DNA of 17,334 nucleotides from a virus (Duplodnaviria; Heunggongvirae; Uroviricota; Caudoviricetes): IMG/VR virus record IMGVR_UViG_2690316086_000006; one strand, 5' to 3'. Shown piece by piece: positions 7,827 to 15,247 of this stretch (position 1 is its first letter; each line of letters starts with the position of its first letter). The notes under the pieces were generated by a model. It saw only the letters and a program-made list of their open reading frames with translations, ran no database searches and was not told where the DNA came from. The position numbers and the translations under genes were made by a program.

Positions 7827-8462
7827 TTATTCAGGCGCGATAAGCTGTTCCGCACAATCCAGCAATGCTTCTGTCGCTTCCTTAAGCGTTACTGTATCGC
7901 TATCATCCAGTCCTGCAACTTTTTCGTACCTGACAAACGCCGCGCAAAGCTCGTTAAACAACCCCGCCCGTACTTCAGCCAGGAAAGCGTCGGTGGCCGG
8001 AGTTTCAGGAATCCGTCTCCTCATCCGTTCTATTGCATGATTGAACCCGAAATCTTCAGCAAGAGATACGTCATCCATATTGTCATTGTCGTCCTCAATA
8101 TCCCGTGGTTCTGGAATTGCAGACTTTATTACCGCATTCTCCGCCGCCAGCGCCACAAGATTAGCTTTCAGCTCTGCAATTCGTTTGTTTTGGGCTTCCC
8201 GTTCATCCAGTAGTGCCAGCGCAACATTTGGATTAAAAGCAGCAATAAATTCAGCGTTTGCATAAGCCTGAACATCTGTTTCAACCAGGCAGTTAACATG
8301 ACATTCTGCAATTACGCCACCGGGCTCTCCTTTCCATTTTTGACAAACAAAAACTCCTGTTATATTCCCATGCTGATTGCCCGATGTATGCCCTACGATG
8401 TAGCATCCTTTAGTTGCTTTCTCTGCTGCTTCACGCAGCGCCTGATAGTCAATCTCGCTCAT
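7827..8462 (-). CDS. Ea22-like family protein (211 aa)
   Basis: N-terminus MSEIDYQALREAAEKATKG and internal KRIAELKANL shared with the paralog at 9441-9902; family name from memory. Confidence 0.6.
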   Translation of the reverse strand: MSEIDYQALREAAEKATKGCYIVGHTSGNQHGNITGVFVCQKWKGEPGGVIAECHVNCLVETDVQAYANAEFIAAFNPNVALALLDEREAQNKRIAELKANLVALAAENAVIKSAIPEPRDIEDDNDNMDDVSLAEDFGFNHAIERMRRRIPETPATDAFLAEVRAGLFNELCAAFVRYEKVAGLDDSDTVTLKEATEALLDCAEQLIAPE

Positions 8463-8635
8463 TCATCGCCCCACTCATCACAATATGCTTCGACCGGATT
8501 TTTTCCTGCTTCATAATCATCACGCCATGCTTCAGCATCAGCAGCACTGCCACCACGTAACTCTGCATATTCCATTAACAGTTCATGCCATTCTTCAAAA
8601 CTGACGCTGTATTTAGTTGAACCAAAATCAGCCAT
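8459..8635 (-). CDS. Small acidic protein (58 aa, MADFGSTKYSVSFEEWHELL...DEWGDE)
   Basis: Hand-translated ORF below the track size cut-off; its TGA overlaps the downstream ATG (ATGA) and its ATG overlaps the upstream gene end. Confidence 0.45.
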   Translation of the reverse strand: MADFGSTKYSVSFEEWHELLMEYAELRGGSAADAEAWRDDYEAGKNPVEAYCDEWGDE

Positions 8636-8810
8636 TTTGTTCTTCCTCTTCGTCTTTTATTTCGTGATATGAATAATTGCAGTAGTTAAAGAAAATATCT
8701 TTTGCTTCGTCATGTATTTCATCAGGCGTCGCATCATCATCCACTTCGAATTCATCCTCGAAATCTCCACCGGCTATTCCCGTTTCAATAATTATTTTAA
8801 ACTTTCGCAT
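8628..8810 (-). CDS. Highly acidic small protein (60 aa, about 20 D/E)
   Basis: ORF preceded by the Shine-Dalgarno-hairpin leader element. Confidence 0.5.
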   Translation of the reverse strand: MRKFKIIIETGIAGGDFEDEFEVDDDATPDEIHDEAKDIFFNYCNYSYHEIKDEEEEQNG

Positions 8811-8815
8811 TTAAC

Positions 8816-8838
8816 TACCGCCCTTTCGGGCGGCCTCC
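8816..8838 (-). promoter_or_regulatory. Leader element: AGGAGG Shine-Dalgarno followed by a GAAA-loop hairpin (copy 2)
   Basis: Minus-sense AGGAGG-CCGCCC-GAAA-GGGCGG, then 6 nt, then the ATG at 8810; 22 of 23 nt identical to copy 1. Confidence 0.45.
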
Positions 8839-8843
8839 TGACA

Positions 8844-9056
8844 TTAATCGTTGTGGTAACTCATGGCTTCATTTGCAACATCAACCGGATCAACCTCCCA
8901 CCAGCAATAATTTGGTGCGTTTCCTTCAGGTGTCCACGGTTCTAATTCATTTTTTGCCGCATTCTCATCGCCAGTAATTTTAAAAATCTGCTCAGAGAAT
9001 TTTCTTGCCCACTCGTTATATTTTTCCGCATTAATGGCTTTCTGTGTATTTAACAT
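8844..9056 (-). CDS. Hypothetical small protein (70 aa)
   Basis: ATG at 9056 with GGAGG Shine-Dalgarno. Confidence 0.5.
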   Translation of the reverse strand: MLNTQKAINAEKYNEWARKFSEQIFKITGDENAAKNELEPWTPEGNAPNYCWWEVDPVDVANEAMSYHND

Positions 9057-9106
9057 AAATATACCTCCAGTTCAGGATTAGATTTTATTTACAGCGCTAA
9101 ATTTAT

Positions 9107-9463
9107 TTATTCAGTTCTGGATTTTGTCGCCCTGCGTATCCGCGCTTTCGCGTTACGTTCAATCTGAATTAACTTTTCTATATTTTTCCGCCTTTCCTGT
9201 TCCTCCTGGCGCAATAGCCTTACATCATCTGCCAGTCTGGTTTCTCTTTTCGCCACAGAGAGCATCCAGTCAAACGGCTCCACAACCGCACCGCAGATTT
9301 TACAGCGGACCTGGCGCTCTTTTTCGTCAACCCGAACAGAGGCGTGATGACAATATGGTCTTTCCGATGGCTCATAAAGAAAATTAACCTGATTACGAGG
9401 GTCATCCTCTTTTACCGGAAATAAAACGATATTGCTTAACTCATCCTCTGGTTTTATTTCCAT
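9107..9463 (-). CDS. Hypothetical protein with putative zinc-binding motif and basic coiled-coil tail (118 aa)
   Basis: Strong Shine-Dalgarno AAAGGAGAGGAGC before the ATG at 9463; YCHH...CKICG motif; 23-nt overlap with the upstream gene. Confidence 0.55.
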   Translation of the reverse strand: MEIKPEDELSNIVLFPVKEDDPRNQVNFLYEPSERPYCHHASVRVDEKERQVRCKICGAVVEPFDWMLSVAKRETRLADDVRLLRQEEQERRKNIEKLIQIERNAKARIRRATKSRTE

Positions 9464-9902
9464 GCTCCTCTCCTTTGATGCGAATGCCAGCGACGCGTAA
9501 TGCGTGTTCTAGGTCAATCAGGTAAAGCCAACTGCCATTTTCTTTAGGTATCATGACATGTCGCTCATCTGCATTTATCGGGTGTCCATATCGAAGGTCG
9601 TAGCGAGTCGGTAATTGAACTTCCCGCGCATCCAGTTCAGCAATACGCTTGCTCCCATCAGAGATAACGCCTTCGTAATACTCACGCTGCTCGTTGAGTT
9701 GTGATTTTGCTTCTTCCAGTCCATCCAGCAAACCAGCGATAATATCCGCTTCCCGATGACGGATATGACGCTTAAACGCAGCAAGAGCCGCATCACAATC
9801 CCGTTCAGCATTTGGGCTGTCCGGGGTAGCCTGATACCACGCCAGCGTCGACTGATAGTTTTGTGCTGCCTCACGAAGCGCCTCATAGTTAACCTCTCTC
9901 AT
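9441..9902 (-). CDS. Ea22-like family protein, second paralog (153 aa)
   Basis: N-terminus MREVNYEALREAAQNY parallels the 7827-8462 protein; ATG overlaps the upstream stop (ATGA). Confidence 0.55.
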   Translation of the reverse strand: MREVNYEALREAAQNYQSTLAWYQATPDSPNAERDCDAALAAFKRHIRHREADIIAGLLDGLEEAKSQLNEQREYYEGVISDGSKRIAELDAREVQLPTRYDLRYGHPINADERHVMIPKENGSWLYLIDLEHALRVAGIRIKGEEHGNKTRG

Positions 9903-10195
9903 CGAGCCACCTCCTGATAAATCACCGCATGCCCCAGTTTCTCCGCCAGTGCCAGCTCTGCCTTAGCGCCCGCTGACCGCTGCCAGCCATTCAGCATGTA
10001 AATCGCATCCACACAACGAATCATTGCCATGCAAATATCCATGTAGTGCGGCTGTGTCAGCCCGTCCGGAAGTACTGCCGGAGTTAAGACGGTATGCCCT
10101 TCCCGTTTCAGTTCCTCTTCCGCCTTGTGAAACGCCTCACGGTTGAAATTTTCATATCCCGTCATTGGACCGGCAATATAAACTCTCACCCTCAC
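9899..10195 (-). CDS. DUF4406 / nucleoside 2-deoxyribosyltransferase-like small protein (GTG start proposed)
   Basis: VRVRVYIAGPMTG motif typical of the NDT-like fold; GTG at 10195 overlaps the upstream TGA (GTGA); the longer track ORF would overlap the upstream gene by 73 nt. Confidence 0.5.
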   Translation of the reverse strand: MRVRVYIAGPMTGYENFNREAFHKAEEELKREGHTVLTPAVLPDGLTQPHYMDICMAMIRCVDAIYMLNGWQRSAGAKAELALAEKLGHAVIYQEVAR

Positions 10196-10584
10196 TCCAT
10201 CACCTCCTGAAAGTTTCCCCGATAGAACGCCAGCACACGCTGCATAACTTCGCTCTGGCGGCACTCACGACAAATTATGTTCTGCCGTCTGTTGTAACGA
10301 CGTATTTCTCCGTCAGGTAACTTTCGAATCAGTGTCGGGTCAGCAGCCTTCTCCGGTGTCTTACGCCATACGCGATACGCCTGCTCTGATGGAAATACCC
10401 CGCAACCAGAGAGCCAGACATCACCACTGGCCGCAAGCGCACCAGATAAACGACGAATAGCGGTCTTACTGACACCCGTTTTATCTGCCAGTTGTCGAAA
10501 AGTTTCTCGTCCGCTCAGGCGCACGAATTCCACAATGCGCGCCTTCACTTCTTCCCGCTCTTCTGGTGTAAATTCTTTTGCCAT
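10192..10584 (-). CDS. Hypothetical HTH-type DNA-binding protein (130 aa)
   Basis: ATG at 10584 with GGAGG Shine-Dalgarno; FRQLADKTGVSKTAIRRL helix-turn-helix-like segment. Confidence 0.5.
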   Translation of the reverse strand: MAKEFTPEEREEVKARIVEFVRLSGRETFRQLADKTGVSKTAIRRLSGALAASGDVWLSGCGVFPSEQAYRVWRKTPEKAADPTLIRKLPDGEIRRYNRRQNIICRECRQSEVMQRVLAFYRGNFQEVME

Positions 10585-10599
10585 AAGCGCCTCCGGCAA

Positions 10600-11325
10600 T
10601 CACTTTTCCGATACAACACGGCGGGAAGAATCAGTAATCTGTCGAACAATATCCCGGTGCTTGTTCAGCTCCCGCAGCGCGGCGCAGACTCGCTCCCACT
10701 TCTGAACCTGACCTTTTGCCCGGCGCAGCTCGCGGTTAGCCACATGCAGCGATGGTAAAATCAGACCATCCGGATGTTTTCTGGTGAACGACGGCTGTGA
10801 CTGCACTGTGACCGCCACACTTTCCGTTTTTATTTCTTCCTGTGTTTCTGCTTCCCGAACTGGTAACGCAACACCTGCTGGCTGAGGAAAGGCTTTACCA
10901 TCGGTTTCCGCTACGGATGCAGCTTCCGGCTCTGCCGGTAAATCAGCGCCCGGTATGCAGTAACGAAATTTACCGCCCTGATTCACGCGAATCAGACGCC
11001 CTTTGCTGATTACCATGGCCAGCGATGAATTCGCCCGGCGGGAGGTAATCCCGAACATCAGTGCCAGCTCATCCGCCGTTTGTGGGCCATGTTGTTCAAT
11101 CGCCTCAGTCAGCATTTGCGCTGTCACTTTCGGTACCGGTGACACCGGTTCACTTTCACCAGCCTGAATCAGCCACCACATCGACCCCTTGTTATCCGCT
11201 TCACCGCGGCGCTTCAGTTTCCACAGCTCGTTGACCGCATCTTCACGGCTGATTCCAAGGCGGGCCGCCACTACCTGTGAAGAGGCTCTTTTCAGTGCTT
11301 TCAGTGCGTCAAATACGGTTTCCAT
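10600..11325 (-). CDS. DUF1627-like protein with two winged-helix-like segments (241 aa)
   Basis: ATG at 11325 preceded by GGAGGAAATTTTA; the track start at 11343 would place this Shine-Dalgarno inside the coding sequence. Confidence 0.5.
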   Translation of the reverse strand: METVFDALKALKRASSQVVAARLGISREDAVNELWKLKRRGEADNKGSMWWLIQAGESEPVSPVPKVTAQMLTEAIEQHGPQTADELALMFGITSRRANSSLAMVISKGRLIRVNQGGKFRYCIPGADLPAEPEAASVAETDGKAFPQPAGVALPVREAETQEEIKTESVAVTVQSQPSFTRKHPDGLILPSLHVANRELRRAKGQVQKWERVCAALRELNKHRDIVRQITDSSRRVVSEK

Positions 11326-11358
11326 TAAAATTTCCTCCGACAAAATCGTTTCTCAGAT

Positions 11359-12021
11359 TCAAATAAAACCAGCTGCCTTCCGGCGTTCGTATTCCTGTTT
11401 CAGCCGCTCAATTGGCGTTGGCCCTTGCGGGTGTTTCGCCCCTTCCAGTTGTCGTCGCACTGGCGGAACACTCATCCCGTTACCAACATGCTTTGCCCAT
11501 TTCGTCAGTTGCCGTTCTGCAAGTAGTTTTAACTCACCCTGCGTCATCTGGCGCTCAATCCCTCTGGTACGCATTTCGAGGCAGATGTGGTACAGCACAG
11601 GCTGTGGCCACGGGTATTTATCACTCCCGTCGTATCGCCAGGATTCATTGCGCCAGCGCCGGTACTCTTCCATCACGGCATCCACCGTAAGACCAAATGG
11701 ATTTGCCCCACTCTCCGAAATCAGCGCAACAAACTCAGCCAGGTCCGGGGGCCACGTTTCACCCGCCCGGCAGCGGTCCATGCACTGACGGCAGACCAGA
11801 CGGATTTGCTGTTCAGTCATCGCACCAATCTGGGCAATCCAGAGCTTCGAAGGTGCGGCCCCGTTCTTCTGAGTCCAGCGGTTCGAATACACCTCCCCCA
11901 TAAGCTCCCACAGCTTCCAGGCCGTTTCCGTTGCTGATAAATCCGTTTTCACGTTCCCACTGTTCGCGTGCTGCCCGGATTTCCTGAACTGCCCGTGATG
12001 CCGTGCCACCTGATGCTGCAT
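11359..12021 (-). CDS. Replication protein P-like helicase loader (start uncertain: 12021, 11901 or 11820)
   Basis: Recalled similarity to lambda P (...DKYPWPQPVLYHICLEMR...); AAGGGGGT Shine-Dalgarno before 12021; the upstream part overlaps the O-like gene out of frame. Confidence 0.6.
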   Translation of the reverse strand: MQHQVARHHGQFRKSGQHANSGNVKTDLSATETAWKLWELMGEVYSNRWTQKNGAAPSKLWIAQIGAMTEQQIRLVCRQCMDRCRAGETWPPDLAEFVALISESGANPFGLTVDAVMEEYRRWRNESWRYDGSDKYPWPQPVLYHICLEMRTRGIERQMTQGELKLLAERQLTKWAKHVGNGMSVPPVRRQLEGAKHPQGPTPIERLKQEYERRKAAGFI

Positions 12022-12823
12022 GGCTTACCCCCTTGCTGACTGGTTTTACCTGTGCCCTGACGTGCTGCACGTGGCGGGCAAATTTCTGCTCCCACTGAAC
12101 CTGCGTGAAAACCTTCCCCTCCGCCATCCAGTAATCCCGGAATGCGGCAAGCTCAGCAGGTGTAAATTCCGGCTCAGGCAGAGCCATACCCCACACTGCT
12201 GCCCGTTGTCGAAAATCCGGCGACGGCTGCCAGACAGTAGTCATCGAAAATTTCCCGATCGGTTCGCTCAGGCCGTCCAGGTATTCAGGTTCGGCTGTCT
12301 GCAACGGCGCACCATGCGACTCACTGGTCGGAATACTCTCGCGTTCACGCACGTTATGTGTGGGGTTTAATTCTTTTAGATCTGTATCTTTATTAGTTGC
12401 TTTTGTGTTTGCGTCATGTTCAAACACAACACCAACATTTGTTTGAACACCTGTTAAATCTCTCTCTTGTTTTGTTTGAACATATGCTTCCTTTCTGCTT
12501 CTTCTGGCCTGAACAGATGCTTTTCCGGCGGCTGATTTTTTGGTCAATTTTTCCCTGACTGATGCCAGATCTTCCTCAATCCGAAGATGCACCCATTCAT
12601 CGCTGTTATCGCAAAAAAACTCCCGCAAGGATGGTTCCACATCAGCCCATCGCTCGTTAGTCAGACGGGAAATTTTTGCCAGCCTGTTTTTAGGTATTGG
12701 TTTCCCTGTTTGCCAGTAATTGAACATCAGCAACAAATACGCACCGTGCTCCTCTGCGGACAAATGCATGGTGTCAGCCAGGTAATCAGCTATGTACAGT
12801 TGCATGTATGGTAATGCGGCCAT
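11813..12823 (-). CDS. Replication initiation O-like protein (YdaU/DUF1376-type N-terminal domain, DnaT-like C-terminal region)
   Basis: ATG at 12823 with GAGG Shine-Dalgarno (track start at 12877 is TTG); MAALPYMQLYIADYL...EHGAYLLLMFNYW signature; AT-rich repeat region in the middle of the gene. Confidence 0.6.
   Translation of the reverse strand: MAALPYMQLYIADYLADTMHLSAEEHGAYLLLMFNYWQTGKPIPKNRLAKISRLTNERWADVEPSLREFFCDNSDEWVHLRIEEDLASVREKLTKKSAAGKASVQARRSRKEAYVQTKQERDLTGVQTNVGVVFEHDANTKATNKDTDLKELNPTHNVRERESIPTSESHGAPLQTAEPEYLDGLSEPIGKFSMTTVWQPSPDFRQRAAVWGMALPEPEFTPAELAAFRDYWMAEGKVFTQVQWEQKFARHVQHVRAQVKPVSKGVSHAASGGTASRAVQEIRAAREQWERENGFISNGNGLEAVGAYGGGVFEPLDSEERGRTFEALDCPDWCDD
12361..12490. 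repeat. Putative replication origin: AT-rich tract plus three copies of TGTTTGAACA / TGTTCAAACA
   Basis: 10-bp motif at 12417-12426 (inverted), 12440-12449 and 12473-12482 next to an AT-rich stretch (12361-12415) inside the O-like linker, as for lambda ori. Confidence 0.4.
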
Positions 12824-12909
12824 AATTGCCTCATCTTGTGACGAACCATCCTCTGGTGATATTCTGTGATTCCCCAATCAACAGAATCAGCAGGGGTCTG
12901 GCATAAATA

Positions 12910-13347
12910 TCAATGCACCACAACAGACTCGCCGGATGACCCGCCGTCGCTGAAATACGCTTTCCGGTAAACTGCCTGGACTGCATCATCATGCGCATCA
13001 ATTGCCGTGCTCAACGCTTCCTGGGCCGCCAGTAATGCACGGCGCTCAACAGTGTCAAAAATACTGAGGTGATAACGCAGTTCACGCGGAAGAACAGTCA
13101 GGATAGCTGGAATTAGTGCCTGAATTTTTTCAACAGCATCAGGCGTATCCTTTTCAAGCCAGCGAAAAATATTTTGTATGTTCAATCCAATACCCTCTGT
13201 CGTAGAGGTGTCATGCATTGGTGGATAAGTCATTTCAAGCTCAAAATATGCTGTCGCTATATCATCAGCGATTTTTTTGCGCCCTACCCTCGGATAAAGC
13301 AGCCACGCATTCATCGCCATGCGGATGTGCTCATGCTTGATTTTCAT
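12910..13347 (-). CDS. YdaT-like protein (CII-position regulator/toxin-like family)
   Basis: 145 aa immediately downstream of and coupled (ATGA) to the Cro-like YdaS-type gene; Rac-type synteny ydaS-ydaT-ydaU. Confidence 0.6.
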   Translation of the reverse strand: MKIKHEHIRMAMNAWLLYPRVGRKKIADDIATAYFELEMTYPPMHDTSTTEGIGLNIQNIFRWLEKDTPDAVEKIQALIPAILTVLPRELRYHLSIFDTVERRALLAAQEALSTAIDAHDDAVQAVYRKAYFSDGGSSGESVVVH

Positions 13348-13604
13348 GAATCAACTCCCGCCGCTGCTTGTGCGTTAGCCTGATACTCAACAGGTAAACC
13401 ATCGGTTGGATTAGGGTATTTATCAGGGCGCAATTCATGCGGAGTTACTCCCCAGTCAAGCGCCTCACATGCTGGTATAACCTCCTCCGCTGGCACTCGT
13501 TTTTTAAACCACCCACTTATGGTTTGCGGTGTTTTACCAAGACGACGCCCTAATTCTGATTGGCTCATTATTGACAGGATTTTCACTTGAGTACTTTTTT
13601 GCAT
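13344..13604 (-). CDS. Cro-like HTH regulator (YdaS-type)
   Basis: GGAGGGAAAC Shine-Dalgarno before the ATG at 13604; HTH segment SQSELGRRLGKTPQTISGWFKK; divergent from the CI-like gene. Confidence 0.65.
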   Translation of the reverse strand: MQKSTQVKILSIMSQSELGRRLGKTPQTISGWFKKRVPAEEVIPACEALDWGVTPHELRPDKYPNPTDGLPVEYQANAQAAAGVDS

Positions 13605-13730
13605 GTTTCCCTCCGAACTTTACGATGACACCGATAATTACAAATTTAAATTTAAATTTCAACTTCTATTTGTAATGCCACTTATCAATTTTTTCTGTAG
13701 GATCGCGGAACTAGTTTACGAGGGGTGGTG
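13605..13730. promoter_or_regulatory. Immunity-region divergent promoter/operator (OR-like)
   Basis: AT-rich intergenic region with inverted repeat ATTACAAAT (13637-13645) / ATTTGTAAT (13668-13676) and TTTAAA triplets between the divergent Cro-like and CI-like genes. Confidence 0.5.
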
Positions 13731-14123
13731 ATGATCTTTGTAAAACGCCTTCAGCAGGTGTTGCAGGAATTGAATATAAACCAGTCAGAGCTGGGAAGAC
13801 GTCTTGGTGTAAAACCCCAATCCGTGCAAGGTTGGTTGAAAGGCGTGATGCCAAGAATGGATAAACTGGAAAAATTAGCAGAGCTCTCACAACATCCCGT
13901 CCATTGGTTCTTTATGGAAGAAGAAACTCTCGGCGATAAAATGGCTGTATCCAGTAATGACAACCAACCGCAACTTACAGAACAACAACGAAAAATCATA
14001 TCGCTTTTAGATGAGTTACCTCAAAGCGACGCAGAGCAGATCATTCGTGATATGGAGCAAAAACGCGATTTCTATAAACGGAAACTTGAAGAGTTACTGC
14101 GGCAGAAAAACAAAACTGCCTGA
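13731..14123 (+). CDS. CI-like repressor (XRE-type HTH, no S24 peptidase domain)
   Basis: ATG at 13731 with GAGGGG Shine-Dalgarno; HTH QSELGRRLGVKPQSVQGWLKG; coiled-coil-like C-terminus; 130 aa. Confidence 0.6.
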   Translation: MIFVKRLQQVLQELNINQSELGRRLGVKPQSVQGWLKGVMPRMDKLEKLAELSQHPVHWFFMEEETLGDKMAVSSNDNQPQLTEQQRKIISLLDELPQSDAEQIIRDMEQKRDFYKRKLEELLRQKNKTA

Positions 14124-14156
14124 TGCATTCCTTTTCTGGAACGAGCATCAGGCAAA
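14118..14156 (-). terminator. Putative terminator between the convergent CI-like and higA genes
   Basis: Inverted repeat GCCTGATGC...GCATCAGGC; minus-sense hairpin followed by a U-rich tract. Confidence 0.3.
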
Positions 14157-14169
14157 TGACTAGCAGATT

Positions 14170-14529
14170 TTATAATCCAACCAGGCTTTCCAGGGGGATA
14201 CCAAATTGATTATGAAGACGGCGAATCATTGGTAACGTAAGGCTTCTGGTACCATTCAACACCTCATAAACCCGATTTTTTTTCCCAATTGCGGGTTCCA
14301 AATCTTTCACAGTCAGCCCCTGCTGTTCCATGCGAAATCTTATAGCTTCAATTGGGGATGGTGGCTCAATGGGATAATGTTTTTTTTCATATTCCTCTAT
14401 TAGCAAACACATCACCTCAAAAAAATCCCCCTCAGGCGTGTCAATTTCGGGCTCATTGTCGAACATGGGTTCAACAGCACGCAACGCGGCTTCATAATCT
14501 TGCTCTGTACGAATAGGTTTGATGTTCAT
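14170..14529 (-). CDS. higA: HigA-family antitoxin (C-terminal HTH)
   Basis: C-terminus LTVKDLEPAIGKKNRVYEVLNGTRSLTLPMIRRLHNQFGI resembles E. coli HigA as recalled; GGAGTAAG Shine-Dalgarno; starts 2 nt after the toxin gene. Confidence 0.75.
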   Translation of the reverse strand: MNIKPIRTEQDYEAALRAVEPMFDNEPEIDTPEGDFFEVMCLLIEEYEKKHYPIEPPSPIEAIRFRMEQQGLTVKDLEPAIGKKNRVYEVLNGTRSLTLPMIRRLHNQFGIPLESLVGL

Positions 14530-14531
14530 GC

Positions 14532-14834
14532 TTACTCCAGTTCGATGGTATCAGCATCAATAGCATCGTATTCCTTGTGGTTTCCGATGAATTTAACAAA
14601 TACCCATCCTCGCTGATACGCAATTGCAACAATTAAACGGTAATGATTACCTTTTATGTTGAATACCACGCGCCGGTTTTTCAATATACTGGCCGTTCGG
14701 TATTGTGCCTTAATGTCTGCTGGGCTTTTCCAGTCAGCTTTTGCCGCCTCATCCACCCATGCCCTTAGCGGTTGTTCTGCATCAGGATTCTCCGCCCAAA
14801 AATCCCTGAGTGTTTTAACTGAGATAATCTTCAT
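14532..14834 (-). CDS. higB: HigB-family toxin (RelE/ParE superfamily)
   Basis: NHYRLIVAIAYQRGWVFVKFIGNHKEYD resembles E. coli K-12 HigB as recalled; ATG at 14834 chosen over the TTG track start. Confidence 0.75.
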   Translation of the reverse strand: MKIISVKTLRDFWAENPDAEQPLRAWVDEAAKADWKSPADIKAQYRTASILKNRRVVFNIKGNHYRLIVAIAYQRGWVFVKFIGNHKEYDAIDADTIELE

Positions 14835-14845
14835 AACTGTATAGT

Positions 14846-14931
14846 AGTCCCATTTTGGGACTGATGCAACAGCCCGCAATTACAAATTTAATAATAAACA
14901 TGTTGACCAGTTAAATTTTAATTTGTAAATT
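14846..14931. promoter_or_regulatory. Divergent regulatory region: higBA operator palindrome plus OL/PL-like operator-promoter
   Basis: Perfect palindrome AGTCCCA-ttt-TGGGACT (14846-14862); ATTACAAATTTAA (14879-14891) and ATTTGTAA (14921-14928) repeat the OR motif; plus-strand -35 TTGACC (14903-14908), 17-nt spacer, -10 TAAATT (14926-14931). Confidence 0.45.
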
Positions 14932-15247
14932 GTATCCATAAACCCACCCCGCCCCACAGAACGCAGGGCAATACTTCGAGTTACCCGGCAGTGGTCAGGG
15001 GTTAAGTAGCCAGCCTGAGGCGTATGAACATGACGGCGGGGATTACGTTTAACTATGCAGCAGGTTTTTTGTTCCGCTACCCCGGCGTTAAGGGGAAACA
15101 GAGGATTTCTCAGTGGGCGAAGTCAAACATCAGAATGGAAGGCATCCAGGGATCAGCAAAGAAACAGCGATGGCGCTTTATATTGATATCAGCGCCATTG
15201 CCGGACAGGTAAGAATTATCAGAGCGGTAACTAAGCGGTATGCGCCT

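Noticed and set aside
7513-8040. Plus-strand 175-aa ORF
   Set aside because: Antisense to the membrane protein and Ea22-like genes; Ser-rich low-complexity product
11189-11937. Plus-strand ORFs 11189-11788, 11412-11690, 11587-11937 and 11697-11903
   Set aside because: Antisense to the P-like and DUF1627-like genes; no start context
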